Shown here piece after piece: positions 10,854 through 20,863 of a stretch of DNA of 64,000 nucleotides. Under the pieces are notes generated by a model. It saw nothing but the letters and a program-made list of their open reading frames with translations. It was not told the DNA's origin and made no database searches. The position numbers and the translations under genes are program-made. The stretch spans positions 224,001 through 288,000 of the forward strand of contig CAWEWF010000006.1 in NCBI GenBank assembly GCA_963812605.1, in the 5' to 3' direction. The DNA is from an uncultured Verrucomicrobiae bacterium (GTDB taxonomy: Bacteria; Verrucomicrobiota; Verrucomicrobiia; Palsa-1439). Every line of letters starts with the position of its first letter. Position 1 is the first letter of the stretch.

Positions 10854-11495
10854 TCAGAGCGCGGCAAACTCCACTTGTACGGGTTCCACCGTATGGCGCA
10901 CGGGCGCAAAGGAACGGCGGTGCACAGGGGATGGGCCGTATTGACCAAGCGCGGCAAGGTGCTCGGGCGTGCCGTAACCTTTGTGTTGGGCAAAGTTATA
11001 CTGGGGATATTGTTCGTGAAGTTTCAGCATCAGGCGGTCCCGCGTGACCTTGGCGATAACGCTCGCGGCGGCAATGGAAAAACTCTTGGCGTCGCCTTTG
11101 ACAATGGCGGTCTGTTCCACGCCCATCAGCGGCACACGCAGGCCATCGACAAGGACATGGTCGGGATGAACGTACAGATTGTCCAGAGCCAGCTGCATGG
11201 CGCGCCAGGTCGCGCGGAGGATGTTGTAGTGGTCAATCACCTCCACCTCCGAGATCCCGACCGCCCAGAGAAACTCGGGATTGCCTGTCAACTCGGCGTA
11301 GATCTCCTCGCGCTGTTTCTCGGAGAGTTGCTTCGAGTCGGTGAGCGTCTTGTGTTTGAACTTCGGGGGCAGGATCGCCGCGGCTGCCACAACGGGTCCC
11401 GCCAGCGGCCCGCGGCCGGCCTCGTCGATTCCCGCGATGATTTGCGCTCCGGCCTTGAAAACTTTCTTTTCGTACCGGAGCGATGTCATGGCCAC
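10854..11495 (-). CDS. rnhB: Ribonuclease HII
   Basis: GIDEAGRGPLAGPVV, DSKQL, SIAAASVIAKVTRD, HKGYGT. Confidence 0.97.
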   Translation of the reverse strand: MAMTSLRYEKKVFKAGAQIIAGIDEAGRGPLAGPVVAAAAILPPKFKHKTLTDSKQLSEKQREEIYAELTGNPEFLWAVGISEVEVIDHYNILRATWRAMQLALDNLYVHPDHVLVDGLRVPLMGVEQTAIVKGDAKSFSIAAASVIAKVTRDRLMLKLHEQYPQYNFAQHKGYGTPEHLAALGQYGPSPVHRRSFAPVRHTVEPVQVEFAAL

Positions 11496-11852
11496 GGCCG
11501 GGTAGTGTGCTAATTTGGCTTCAAAGAGTCAAGACTGCCTCTATGGTAGCCCAGCCGTAGCGCAACGGGCAACGCTGAAAATTGGGGCAGACCTTTAGGG
11601 CGAACCGATTTTCTGCTTGCGTGGCACGGCAGGGACTTCAACGTGCTATCAGAAAGGCCGCGTGGCGTGACCGGAGATTACCTTCAGGAGATCGCCAGAA
11701 TGATACCATCAAACAACCTTCGGCTTGTCGTGCAGGTTTGAGTCCTGCGTGGGGGGAGCGCGGATTTGCACAATTTTGTGAATGCCTCAGCTTCTGTCTT
11801 GGTTCCGTGAAACTAAACCGATAGACTGGCCGGTGGTTCAGGTGACCTCAGG

Positions 11853-13452
11853 ATGAGCATCCGCTTTGCGTGTGAAGGCTGCGGCCAGCATCTTGCTGCC
11901 GACGAACAATTGAAGAAGTTACCCGTAAACTGCCCTGCGTGCGGCCAACGGGTGACCGTGCCAGAGACTTCAGCCCTCCTATCAGGAGATCGAGACATTC
12001 AATTCCGTTGCGGGACCTGTACTCAAAGCCTCGTCATTGACGTAGCGGGCGCGGGCTTGGCTGTGCAGTGCCCTACGTGTGGGAACGGTGTCAGGGTGCC
12101 GCAACGAGAACGCTCCTACATGGTACCCGTCCCAGATTGGGTCGAGGTGTCCCCGTCGTATCTGCCAACAGCCGCACTGGCAACGAGAGTCTTTTACAAA
12201 TACTGGCGTGGACAAATTGACCAGGGCCATTTCCCCCCTCTCGCGGGGCAAATTCGTTACATCTTTGAGTATCTCTACTCAGCGATCGACGATTTCAGGG
12301 GCGACGGAAACATCGAACATCTCCTAGCCTGCTTCGACCGAATCAGACCGGGGTTATGCCACTATCGAGAAGGTGAGGGAAAAGGTGAGGCGATGGACAT
12401 CCGATGCCTACCTTGCCGTGGGCGACTACGATAATGCTTGGGCATATAGGAAGCCGCCCTCCGTGTACTTTCCGCCCATGCGGTTGTTTGATCTACTTGC
12501 GATACGATCCAAGTGCACGGACACCATAATTGATGGCGAGGGCATTCTGGAGTTGCTCGGTGGCCCCGTTGGTCTTACGCCGTTTGGAACAGCTCGGATG
12601 CCAGAGATTATAACGCGCGCTACCCGCCGTTTGGAAATTCTCCACCAGCAGCACGGCAAGAATTTTGTCGATTACTTCGTTCACCAGTTCGACTTCTCAA
12701 ATCTCACGGAGACTGACATGGAGCACTTGAAGCAGTGCTTCTCCAACGAGAAGGACTTTGAGTTCTGGCGAAAGTTGTATTTCAAAGACAAGGAGCTGCG
12801 CCGGCGTAGAGAGTCAGAACCCTACAAAGTAGGTCCGCCAGCTATTCGGCTATTTGAGAACGTTCCTTCAAAACACAATCAATCGTCTGTGACGCTTACT
12901 ATGCACGTTGGCGGGTCAGGAGGTGAACCCGGAACGATCATCCGCCGCAGCCTCGTGTGGCCGGAAAATGCGCCTGCTACCCACATTGAATACGAGTCCA
13001 TCCCGTCAATCATCGAAGTGGCGTTGCTGAACGAACTAGGACGCATATTGCAGGAATGCGAGAATGCGCTCCGTGAGGAAGCAGGCGTTCCGAGAGTTGG
13101 AGAAGGCTGGTGGAGTGAGACAGAACTTTTCTACAAGTTGCGGCAGGCGTTTCCTGAGGAAACCATCATTCATCATGGGAAGCCAGCTTGGCTTGTACCG
13201 CAACACCTTGATGTGTATTTCCCCAAAAGGAACATTGCCTGTGAATACCAAGGGAAACAGCATCAAACTCCAGTTGAATACTTCGGCGGGGTGGAAGCAT
13301 TCCAAGAACAACAACACCGAGACGCCAAGAAAAAACAACTCTGCGATGAAAATGCCTGCCTGCTGCTGTATGTTTATGAAGGATATGACTTTGAAAGGTT
13401 GAGGAGCGAACTCGTGGAGGCCATGATTAGCAGCCCGTTCAAGAAGGGGTGA
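11853..13452 (+). CDS. Double zinc-ribbon / TerB-N-like / C-terminal endonuclease-like protein (frameshift near 12350-12375)
   Basis: Four CxxC pairs, FYKYWR..YIFEYLY segment, C-terminal HLDVYFP..IACEYQGKQH..RDAKK (Vsr/DUF559-like); lower GC than flanks. Confidence 0.55.
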
Positions 13453-13466
13453 ATTAGGAAAATACC

Positions 13467-14369
13467 ATGGGGATTCCCGAATGCTTTCGGGGCTCGGTTC
13501 TCAAAATGTGGTCTTTCTTAACTGACTACCAAGCGAAGGGCCGCGGGATAATGAATGTCGATCAATGCTACCCGGCGTTGGCGTCCTTGGCAGCTACACA
13601 TGGACGGACGCTGAGCGAGTTGGAGAAGTGCTCGCACTCGAAAGGTGAGAGTTTTTTGAGCTTGGGAGATTGCCTCAGCATGGTAGCAGGAAGGTGGCCA
13701 ACACTTCAGGTTGGTGGACCACACCACTATCTTGCCACGCTGGAGACATGTCTCGGTAGGCTTCCGCCGGAGGCAAGAGATGGTTTCTGGCATAAACTGA
13801 ATACAGCACCAAGCGGCTTCTTGGATACTGTTGTTGAGGCGACGTGGGCGATTTACTTCTGGGATCGTGGCGTACTGGTGGCGGTTGAAGAGCCTTTCGA
13901 CCGATCAAACGGTGATGGGAAAAACGCGGATTTTGTAGTGAGTCGTTTAGGTAAGAAGTATTGGTTAGACGCGAAATGTATTCACCCTTCTCAATCGCAT
14001 AACAGCCCTTCTCGACGGCCTGAGACGAAAGAACGGGTAATCCATTTTCTCGCTACGGAGGCCCGCAGGAGGTACAGGGAGAAATTCTCAGGGGCGGAGA
14101 AGTCGGGGCAGCTCGGAGATTCATCTGCGGGTGTCCTACTATGCGTACATGCTTTCGAGCCTAGTGTTATTCCCCCGTTGCTTTCGGACATTCTTGATGG
14201 CACAAAATTACCGGCTCCGCCATGTTTATTCGATTGGCGGCACCCCAATTTCGGAACCGTTTGTGTGCACACCATTCGCCCGCGCGGCGATTCCCTCCTG
14301 CTGGGGCCTGTGTGCCTCGGCATGTGGACTCGGAGTGAAAGCGACGGGTTGGACTGGCTTCTTAAATAG
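13467..14369 (+). CDS. Hypothetical protein with PD-(D/E)XK nuclease-like motif
   Basis: VVEATW...NADFVV...WLDAKC pattern; follows previous gene at 14 bp. Confidence 0.45.
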   Translation: MGIPECFRGSVLKMWSFLTDYQAKGRGIMNVDQCYPALASLAATHGRTLSELEKCSHSKGESFLSLGDCLSMVAGRWPTLQVGGPHHYLATLETCLGRLPPEARDGFWHKLNTAPSGFLDTVVEATWAIYFWDRGVLVAVEEPFDRSNGDGKNADFVVSRLGKKYWLDAKCIHPSQSHNSPSRRPETKERVIHFLATEARRRYREKFSGAEKSGQLGDSSAGVLLCVHAFEPSVIPPLLSDILDGTKLPAPPCLFDWRHPNFGTVCVHTIRPRGDSLLLGPVCLGMWTRSESDGLDWLLK

Positions 14370-14573
14370 TTGGGTTGTTTGATGGACGCAGGCGATGATT
14401 CGGTTTCCTTTCAAGCGTGAACAAGCTGTAAGTTGCAAGCGGTGGCTCGCTTGGCCTTGCGCAATTCGACTTGCCTGTGAATATCAGCGGCGATGCGGTC
14501 GGGATGCCCGCCGTTTCTTCCGACTGCATTTGCTTTTGGTCTACGTGAGAGAATACCAGAGCCGCAAGATACA

Positions 14574-14700
14574 AGGGCGCGGTGGCCCACCCGGTCCGCG
14601 CCAGTGTGGAATCGTGGACGGCTCGGCGAGCCGTCCCTACCAACGACCCTGCAAATGAAGCGTGTCGTGCCGCTAGCAGCGCGACCCTCCGAGCGCAGCT
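14574..14700. repeat. Cluster of REP-like palindromes
   Basis: GGACGGCTCGGCGAGCCGTCCCTACC hairpin plus AGGGCGCGGTGGCCCAC (related to 63873) and a GGAG-footed unit on the minus strand. Confidence 0.65.
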
Positions 14701-14703
14701 TTC

Positions 14704-15045
14704 TTACGCGTCGGCGACCTTGGTGGCCGTTTTGCCGATGCGGTCGCGCAGGTAGTAGAGCTTGGCGCGGCGCACTTTGCCGGCGCGCTCGATTTCGATC
14801 TTCTGGATGAAAGGCGAGTGCAACGGGAACACGCGCTCGACGCCCTCGCCGTAGCTGATCCGGCGCACGGTGAATGTCTCGGCAATGCCGCGTCCCTGCA
14901 TGTTGATCACGATGCCGGAAAACGCCTGCACGCGTTCGCGGTCGGCTTCCTTGATGCGCGAGTACACCTTGATGGTGTCGCCCACCTTGAAGGGGACGAG
15001 GTCCTTGCGCAACTGTTCCGACTGGATCTTCTCAATGACATTCAT
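14704..15045 (-). CDS. rplS: 50S ribosomal protein L19
   Basis: [34 protein letters not shown]. Confidence 0.98.
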   Translation of the reverse strand: MNVIEKIQSEQLRKDLVPFKVGDTIKVYSRIKEADRERVQAFSGIVINMQGRGIAETFTVRRISYGEGVERVFPLHSPFIQKIEIERAGKVRRAKLYYLRDRIGKTATKVADA

Positions 15046-15087
15046 GTTCCAACTCCTTTATCGCGTAATGCGTCTCAAATTGAAATG

Positions 15088-15762
15088 TTAATCTTCCTTC
15101 AATAAATCCGGTCGCCGCTCTTTGGTCCGCTGCCGCGCCGATTCAGCGTGCCACCGGGCGACGGCTTCATGGTCGCCGCTCAGCAGAACTTCCGGCACCT
15201 GCATCCCGCGGAACTCCGGTGGCCGCGTGTACTGCGGTCCTTCCAGCAGCCCGCTGGCAAACGAATCGTCGCCCGCGCTCTGTTCGTCGCCGAGAACCCC
15301 CGGCAACAGCCTCACCACCGCATCCACAAACACCGCTGCGGCGAGCGCGCCATTGGTCAGCACGTAATCGCCGATGCTGACCTCTTCATCGACGAGCGCC
15401 TCGCGCACCCGTTCATCCACGCCCTCGTAATGGCCGCAGATGATGACCAGGTGCGGCTTGCGCGAGAACTCCTGCGCTCGCGCCTGCGTCAGCGGCGCTC
15501 CCTGCGGCGTCATCAACACCACGCAGGATTCATCCCGCCGAATTGTTTCCACGGCTTCAAAGATCGGCTCGGGCTTCATCAGCATGCCCGGCCCACCGCC
15601 GTACGGCTTGTCATCCACGACGCGGTGTTTGTCGTGGGTGAAATCCCGCAAATTATGCACCCGCACGGCAACCAATCCGCTCTTCTGGGCGCGCTTGAGG
15701 ATGCTTTCGTCGAGCGGCCCCTCGAAGATGCGGGGGAACAACGTCAGTACGTCAATTTCCAT
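15088..15762 (-). CDS. trmD: tRNA (guanine-N1)-methyltransferase
   Basis: [38 protein letters not shown]. Confidence 0.98.
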   Translation of the reverse strand: MEIDVLTLFPRIFEGPLDESILKRAQKSGLVAVRVHNLRDFTHDKHRVVDDKPYGGGPGMLMKPEPIFEAVETIRRDESCVVLMTPQGAPLTQARAQEFSRKPHLVIICGHYEGVDERVREALVDEEVSIGDYVLTNGALAAAVFVDAVVRLLPGVLGDEQSAGDDSFASGLLEGPQYTRPPEFRGMQVPEVLLSGDHEAVARWHAESARQRTKERRPDLLKED

Positions 15763-15789
15763 TACGACTCCGCGGCCGGCACCGTGTGG

Positions 15790-16071
15790 TCATTCCGTCG
15801 CGTCTGGTGGCGGCGGCGCACCTTCCGTGCGACGGCCCTCAGGCTCGATGATCTCGAGCATGGCCCGTTTGCCCTGCTTGGCGGCGGCGCTGGTCAACAA
15901 GGTGCGAATCGCGGTGATGGTGCGCCCGCTCTTGCCGATGACCTTGCCGATATCGGCCTGGTTCAACCGCAGTTCAAAGATCACGGCGCGTTCGCCGTCG
16001 ATTTCGCGCACATCGACTTCCTCGGGATGATCGACCAGGCCTTTCGCCACGTATTCGATAAACGCTTTCAT
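15790..16071 (-). CDS. khpA: KH-domain RNA-binding protein (KhpA/YlqC family)
   Basis: LVDHPEEV, DIGKVIGKSGRTITAIR; follows rpsP. Confidence 0.9.
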   Translation of the reverse strand: MKAFIEYVAKGLVDHPEEVDVREIDGERAVIFELRLNQADIGKVIGKSGRTITAIRTLLTSAAAKQGKRAMLEIIEPEGRRTEGAPPPPDATE

Positions 16072-16100
16072 GTTGCGCTCCACCCGCTGACGCCATCGCG

Positions 16101-16364
16101 TCAGGCCGCTTTCGGCGCTGCTGCAGCCTTCTGTGCTTTCTTCAAGAAGCTCCGCACTGTGTTGCTGGGCTGCGCCCCTCGCTGCATCCAGTGCTTCACC
16201 CGCTCCAGGTCCACTTTGAAATTTTCGCCCGTCTTGCGGGGATCGTACGTCCCCACGTTCTCAATGAACCGCCCATCGCGCGGACTCCGCCCATCGGCCA
16301 CCACAATGCGGTAGCACGGCACGTTCTTCGTTCCCACTCGTCGTAATCTGATTCTTACCGGCAC
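16101..16364 (-). CDS. rpsP: 30S ribosomal protein S16
   Basis: VRIRLRRVG, YRIVVADGRSPRDGRFIE, GAQPS. Confidence 0.98.
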   Translation of the reverse strand: MPVRIRLRRVGTKNVPCYRIVVADGRSPRDGRFIENVGTYDPRKTGENFKVDLERVKHWMQRGAQPSNTVRSFLKKAQKAAAAPKAA

Positions 16365-16370
16365 TTGTTG

Positions 16371-17714
16371 TCACCTCCCCAATCGCATCTTCGGCAACGC
16401 GCCCTTGCGGGTCATCGCCTTTTGCATTTTGCCCATTTCCTGCATCATTTTTTTCATGGCGTTGAATTGCTTCAATACGTCATTCACTTCAGCGACGCTG
16501 GTACCGCTTCCCGTCGCAATGCGCGTGCGTCGGCCCGCGTTCAAAATCTCGGGACGGCGCCGCTCTGTGGGTGTCATCGACTGAATGACCGCCTCGACGC
16601 GCTTGAGTTGCGACTCACCACCGCTGAGGTCAGGCATTTTACCCATTCCTGGCAGCATGCCAAGTAGATTCTCCAGCGGTCCAAGCTTCTTAAGCTGTTG
16701 CAGTTGCGAGAGAAAATCCTCCAAATTCAGGCTCTGGTCGGCGATTTTTTCCTGCAATTCCTCCGCTTTCCTGGCGTCGAAGGCATCTTGGGCCTTCTCG
16801 ACGAGAGTGACCACATCCCCCATCCCGAGGATTCGCCCTGCCATCCGCCCGGCATGGAACGGCTCCAGGTCATCGAGTTTTTCGCCAACACCCGCGAACC
16901 GTATCGGCTTGCCCGTGACCGCCCGCATCGAAAGCGCCGCTCCACCGCGCGCGTCGCCATCGAGTTTCGTAAGCACAATCCCCGTGATGTTCAGCGCCTT
17001 GTCGAAATGCTCGACGATATTCACCGCTTCCTGCCCCGTCGCCGCGTCCGCCACCAACAGAATTTCCTGCGGGGCCAGTGAATCGCGCATTCGCACCAAT
17101 TCCTGCACCAGGTCCTCGTCAATATGGAAACGGCCCGCCGTGTCAAAAATCACCACGTCGCGGCTTTGCGCCTGCGCGAAAGCAGTCGCTTGCTTCGCAA
17201 TTCTCACAACATCGGTCTCGCCGCGCAGCGAGAACACCGGGATTTCCAGTTGCTTGCCGAGGGTTTCCAGTTGGTCAATCGCCGCGGGACGGTGCACGTC
17301 ACACGCGACTAGCAACGGCTTGCGTCCCTGCTTCGCCAGCAACTTCGCCAGTTTCCCGCACGTGGTGGTCTTGCCGCACCCGTGCAGCCCAACCATCATC
17401 CAATTTCCATTCTTCATTGGTGGCACAGGCGTCCCTGCCTGTGTCGGATCGCTCCCCATCAACGCCACCAGCTCATCATGCACGATCTTGATGATCTGTT
17501 GCCCCGGTGTGATGCTGGTAAGGACCTCCTGCCCCAGCGCGCGTTGCTTCGTGCGCTCGATGAAATCCTTCACCACCTTGTAGTTGACATCGGCCTCGAG
17601 CAACGCCAAACGCACCTCGCGGAGCGCGTCCGCGACGTTTTTCTCGGTCAGCTTGCCGAAGCCGCGCAGGTTCTTGAAAATCCCCTGCAATTTGTCTGAA
17701 AGTGAATCGAACAT
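16371..17714 (-). CDS. ffh: Signal recognition particle protein
   Basis: ALLEADV, GxxGxGKTTT, DTAGR, TKLDGDARGG, M domain. Confidence 0.98.
   Translation of the reverse strand: MFDSLSDKLQGIFKNLRGFGKLTEKNVADALREVRLALLEADVNYKVVKDFIERTKQRALGQEVLTSITPGQQIIKIVHDELVALMGSDPTQAGTPVPPMKNGNWMMVGLHGCGKTTTCGKLAKLLAKQGRKPLLVACDVHRPAAIDQLETLGKQLEIPVFSLRGETDVVRIAKQATAFAQAQSRDVVIFDTAGRFHIDEDLVQELVRMRDSLAPQEILLVADAATGQEAVNIVEHFDKALNITGIVLTKLDGDARGGAALSMRAVTGKPIRFAGVGEKLDDLEPFHAGRMAGRILGMGDVVTLVEKAQDAFDARKAEELQEKIADQSLNLEDFLSQLQQLKKLGPLENLLGMLPGMGKMPDLSGGESQLKRVEAVIQSMTPTERRRPEILNAGRRTRIATGSGTSVAEVNDVLKQFNAMKKMMQEMGKMQKAMTRKGALPKMRLGR
17419..17443. repeat. REP-like palindrome GGTGGCACAGGCGTCCCTGCCTGTG inside ffh
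   Basis: Identical to intergenic copies at 63807-63831 and 50711-50735 (inverted). Confidence 0.9.
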
Positions 17715-17814
17715 GGCAATTCTCGCCCGCTGCCAATATCAGCCTTCACCGCGATTGCGCAAGGAAATTAGAGGGTGCGGCCAATTACAAAATATCGCTC
17801 GCACCCAGGGGCGC

Positions 17815-17843
17815 TTGCATCTTCTAAGGGCGGAAAGTATAAT
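17815..17843 (+). promoter_or_regulatory. Sigma70 promoter TTGCAT-N17-TATAAT, likely leaderless
   Basis: Near-consensus boxes, ATG 7 nt after -10. Confidence 0.75.
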
Positions 17844-17850
17844 GCTTACC

Positions 17851-18063
17851 ATGAGTGCAGTACAGGTCAAACGGGTTATCGACAAAATGAACGGGGAAGA
17901 TCGTTTTTTTGCGCTGGCTTACTTGAAACATCTTGCTCGACGCGATGATCCCAACCATCAGCGGTTGCTCGGCGACCGCATCCGAGAAATGGGTCGCGGA
18001 AAGAAGGTTTCGCTCGCCGCAGTGAAACGCCTGCATAGGCAGTTGGAAGCTGCAGGCCTATGA
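17851..18063 (+). CDS. Putative antitoxin (70 aa)
   Basis: Short gene ending GKKVSLAAVKR, ATGA overlap with downstream RelE-like gene. Confidence 0.6.
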   Translation: MSAVQVKRVIDKMNGEDRFFALAYLKHLARRDDPNHQRLLGDRIREMGRGKKVSLAAVKRLHRQLEAAGL

Positions 18064-18332
18064 TACGTGGTTGGAAGGCTACGTATGACGCTAACGCCGT
18101 CGAGTTTTTGCTTCGCCGTTCCTCAAAGGAAAGGCAACGGCTGATTCAATTCGCGGATTTGCTGAGGACCAATCCCACTCTTGCCGGGGATTTCCAGGAG
18201 GTAGATGATGTCGCGCATACCCTCCAAGTTAAACTTGTTGGCCGTTTTCTGATCACCTATTGGGCAGACCATGCCGTCAAGGTAGTCAACATCGTCCGCA
18301 TAGAGAACGTCAGATTGACAGTGATTCTGTAG
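18060..18332 (+). CDS. RelE/ParE-fold putative toxin
   Basis: 90 aa, NP..GD and VGRFLITYW.D...VNIVRI pattern. Confidence 0.6.
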   Translation: MIRGWKATYDANAVEFLLRRSSKERQRLIQFADLLRTNPTLAGDFQEVDDVAHTLQVKLVGRFLITYWADHAVKVVNIVRIENVRLTVIL

Positions 18333-18434
18333 CTGGGATTAGACATCTCAATTCAATCGCAAGGAAATTTGCCACAAAGAGAAAGGGCGAGCCCATGCCC
18401 GCCCTCCCCTTCCTAACCAACAACCAACTTGGCG

Positions 18435-18587
18435 CTATTTCTCCTTGTCGAAGTCCCTCAGGGCCTTCTCGCTCGGAGATTTAAGCTTATCCTGATTTCG
18501 CGCGGCTGTGTCCTGCACTTTTTGCAGGTACTTCCAAGCCCCATACGCCAGGCCGGCCAGTACCGCGAGCAGGAGCAGCTTTTTCAT
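18435..18587 (-). CDS. Small single-pass membrane protein (50 aa), not in ORF track
   Basis: MKKLLLLAVLAGLAYGAWKYLQKVQD...; ATGA overlap with murA stop. Confidence 0.65.
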   Translation of the reverse strand: MKKLLLLAVLAGLAYGAWKYLQKVQDTAARNQDKLKSPSEKALRDFDKEK

Positions 18588-19849
18588 TCCGCCACGCGCT
18601 CGATCTTCGCCCCGAGAAGACGGAGCTTCTGGTCAATGCGCTCGTAGCCGCGGTCCACGTGATAAATGCGATTCACTTCCGTCTCGCCGTCGGCGGCCAG
18701 GCCCGCCAACACCAGGCCCGCGCTTGCGCGCAGATCGCTGGCCATCACGGGCGCGCCGCTGAGCTTCTTCACGCCTTTGACAATGGCGCTGGCGCCCTCC
18801 AACGAAACATCGGCGCCGAGCCGCGCCATCTCGCTGATGTGCATAAAGCGATTCGGGAAGACTTTCTCGGTGATCACGCTGATCCCTGGCGTAACCGTCA
18901 TCATGGCACTCATCTGCGCCTGCATGTCCGTCGGGAAGCCGGGATACGGCATGGTGATGACGTCCACGGGTTTGAGGTCGCCGTTGCTGCGAACGCGAAT
19001 CGTGCCGTTGTTGCGCTCGACCGTGACACCGCATTCCTCCAGTTTATCGCGCACGGCGCTGAGATGTTCGGCGCGCGCGCCGTGTATCTCAATGTCACCA
19101 CCCGTAATCGCCGCTGCCGCCATGAACGTGCCGGCCTCGATGCGGTCGGGAATGACAGTGTGCTCCGCGCCGTGCAATTCCTCGACACCTTCAATCTCCA
19201 GCATGTGCCCACCGATGCCTTTGATCTTGGCGCCCATCTTGAGCAGAAAATTCACCAAGTCTTCAATTTCAGGTTCGCAGGCCGCGCCTTCAATCCACGT
19301 CGTCCCCGTGGCCAACACCGCCGCCATCAACACATTGGCCGTCCCGAGCACGGTCGAACCAAAACGCCCGCCCATGAACACGTCGTTGCCGGTCAATTCG
19401 TTGCAGCGCGCGTGAACGTAACCATTCTCAACGACCACGTCTGCGCCGAGCCGTTTGAGGCCTTTGATGTGCTGGTCAATTGGGCGATCGCCAATGACGC
19501 AGCCGCCGGGAAGCGAGACTTTGCAGTTGTGCAGGCGCGCCAGCAACGGCCCGAGCAGACAGACTGACGCGCGCATCTTGCGGACAAGTTCGTACGGCGC
19601 CACGCCTAGCGGATGGCCCGCGCGCACCTCGACGACGCCTTCCGCCTTGTGGTGCTCGACCTTCACGCTCAACCAGCGCAGGATATCACACATGAACTGG
19701 ATGTCGCTGAGATTCGGCACGCCGCGGATGACGCACGGTTCGCTCGTGAGCAGTGTGGCGGCGATAATTGGCAGGGCGGCGTTTTTGGAGCCGCTGATTT
19801 GAACGGTTCCGCGAAGCGGATTCCCCCCACTGATAATAATCTTTTCCAT
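18584..19849 (-). CDS. murA: UDP-N-acetylglucosamine 1-carboxyvinyltransferase
   Basis: SGSKNAALP, LPGGCVIGDRP, IPDRIEAGT, PGFPTDMQ, DLRA. Confidence 0.98.
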   Translation of the reverse strand: MEKIIISGGNPLRGTVQISGSKNAALPIIAATLLTSEPCVIRGVPNLSDIQFMCDILRWLSVKVEHHKAEGVVEVRAGHPLGVAPYELVRKMRASVCLLGPLLARLHNCKVSLPGGCVIGDRPIDQHIKGLKRLGADVVVENGYVHARCNELTGNDVFMGGRFGSTVLGTANVLMAAVLATGTTWIEGAACEPEIEDLVNFLLKMGAKIKGIGGHMLEIEGVEELHGAEHTVIPDRIEAGTFMAAAAITGGDIEIHGARAEHLSAVRDKLEECGVTVERNNGTIRVRSNGDLKPVDVITMPYPGFPTDMQAQMSAMMTVTPGISVITEKVFPNRFMHISEMARLGADVSLEGASAIVKGVKKLSGAPVMASDLRASAGLVLAGLAADGETEVNRIYHVDRGYERIDQKLRLLGAKIERVAE

Positions 19850-19905
19850 AGCCCCCTCCTTGGTGTGAGCTATTCTGCTGCCGCCGGGCTTCCCAGGGCC
19901 CGACG

Positions 19906-20808
19906 TTACTTCTTGGGCTGAGCCACGATCACGCGCTCATGTCCCTCTAAATCCTTCACTACTTCAACCACTGCAAGGCCTTGCTGGCCGAAAATTTCTT
20001 CGACAACCGCTCGCTGTCCGGCGCCGATTTCCAGCGCCACAAACCCGGAGGGAGACAAAATACGCCTGGCATCCATGACCAAGCGTCGGATAACTTTGAG
20101 TCCATCCTCACCCGCCGCAAGTGCGCGTACGGGCTCAAAGTCTCTAACCTCCCTGGGCAGCTTCGCCAATTCCCCATCAGCGATATACGGCGGATTTGAA
20201 ACAATCGCCTCCGCTACGAAACTATCCGGGAGTGCTTGTAGCAAATCGCTTTCCAGAAAGCGAATGTTTTTTTCGATTTGATGCAACAAAGCGTTCCCGC
20301 GCGCCACCTCCACTGCCTCCGGGCTGACATCCAGTCCATAAATAGTGGCGCAGGCGTCCCTGCCTGCGATCATCAGCCCCTTCGCCAGCGCAATCGCAAT
20401 GCACCCGCTCCCCGTCCCCACATCGACGATCTTCAAATTTTTGTTTGGTGGCACAGGCGTCCCTGCCTGTGGCCCTTCTACTGCCAATCTTTTCACCACC
20501 GCCTCCACCAACAACTCCGTCTCCGGCCTCGGAATCAACACGCGCTTATCCACCAACAATTTCAACCCGCAAAACTCCACCTCGCCCGTAATGTATTGCA
20601 GCGGCTCACCCGCCACCCGCCGCTTCACCATTTCCCGCAACTTCGTCAACGTCGCCTCATCCAACTCCCGCTCAAATTCCAGATACAACCCCATCCGCTT
20701 CTTCTTCAACAAATGCGCCAGCAACAATTCAATGGTCAGCCGCGGACTCTCAATCCCCTGCTTCTCCAGATACGGCGTCGTCTTCGTGATCACGTCCAAA
20801 ATGCGCAC
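19906..20808 (-). CDS. prmC: Release factor glutamine methyltransferase
   Basis: GEPLQYI, LIPRPETE, DVGTGSG, SNPPY; GTG start at 20808 chosen from upstream -10 TACTCT. Confidence 0.95.
   Translation of the reverse strand: MRILDVITKTTPYLEKQGIESPRLTIELLLAHLLKKKRMGLYLEFERELDEATLTKLREMVKRRVAGEPLQYITGEVEFCGLKLLVDKRVLIPRPETELLVEAVVKRLAVEGPQAGTPVPPNKNLKIVDVGTGSGCIAIALAKGLMIAGRDACATIYGLDVSPEAVEVARGNALLHQIEKNIRFLESDLLQALPDSFVAEAIVSNPPYIADGELAKLPREVRDFEPVRALAAGEDGLKVIRRLVMDARRILSPSGFVALEIGAGQRAVVEEIFGQQGLAVVEVVKDLEGHERVIVAQPKK
20344..20471. repeat. Two REP-like palindromes inside prmC (20344-20368, 20447-20471)
   Basis: Same family as in ffh; the 20344 copy has compensatory stem changes CGCAGGC...GCCTGCG. 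Confidence 0.85.
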
Positions 20809-20863
20809 GGCGGGAGAGTACACGAGCAGGCTCACAGACAAAAGGGCGAAACTGCTCTACTAT

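Larger units (their letters stand above)
17758..18369. mobile_element. Toxin-antitoxin cassette bounded by 12-bp direct repeats CGCAAGGAAATT
   Basis: Repeats at 17758-17769 and 18358-18369 enclose promoter plus two genes. Confidence 0.55.
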
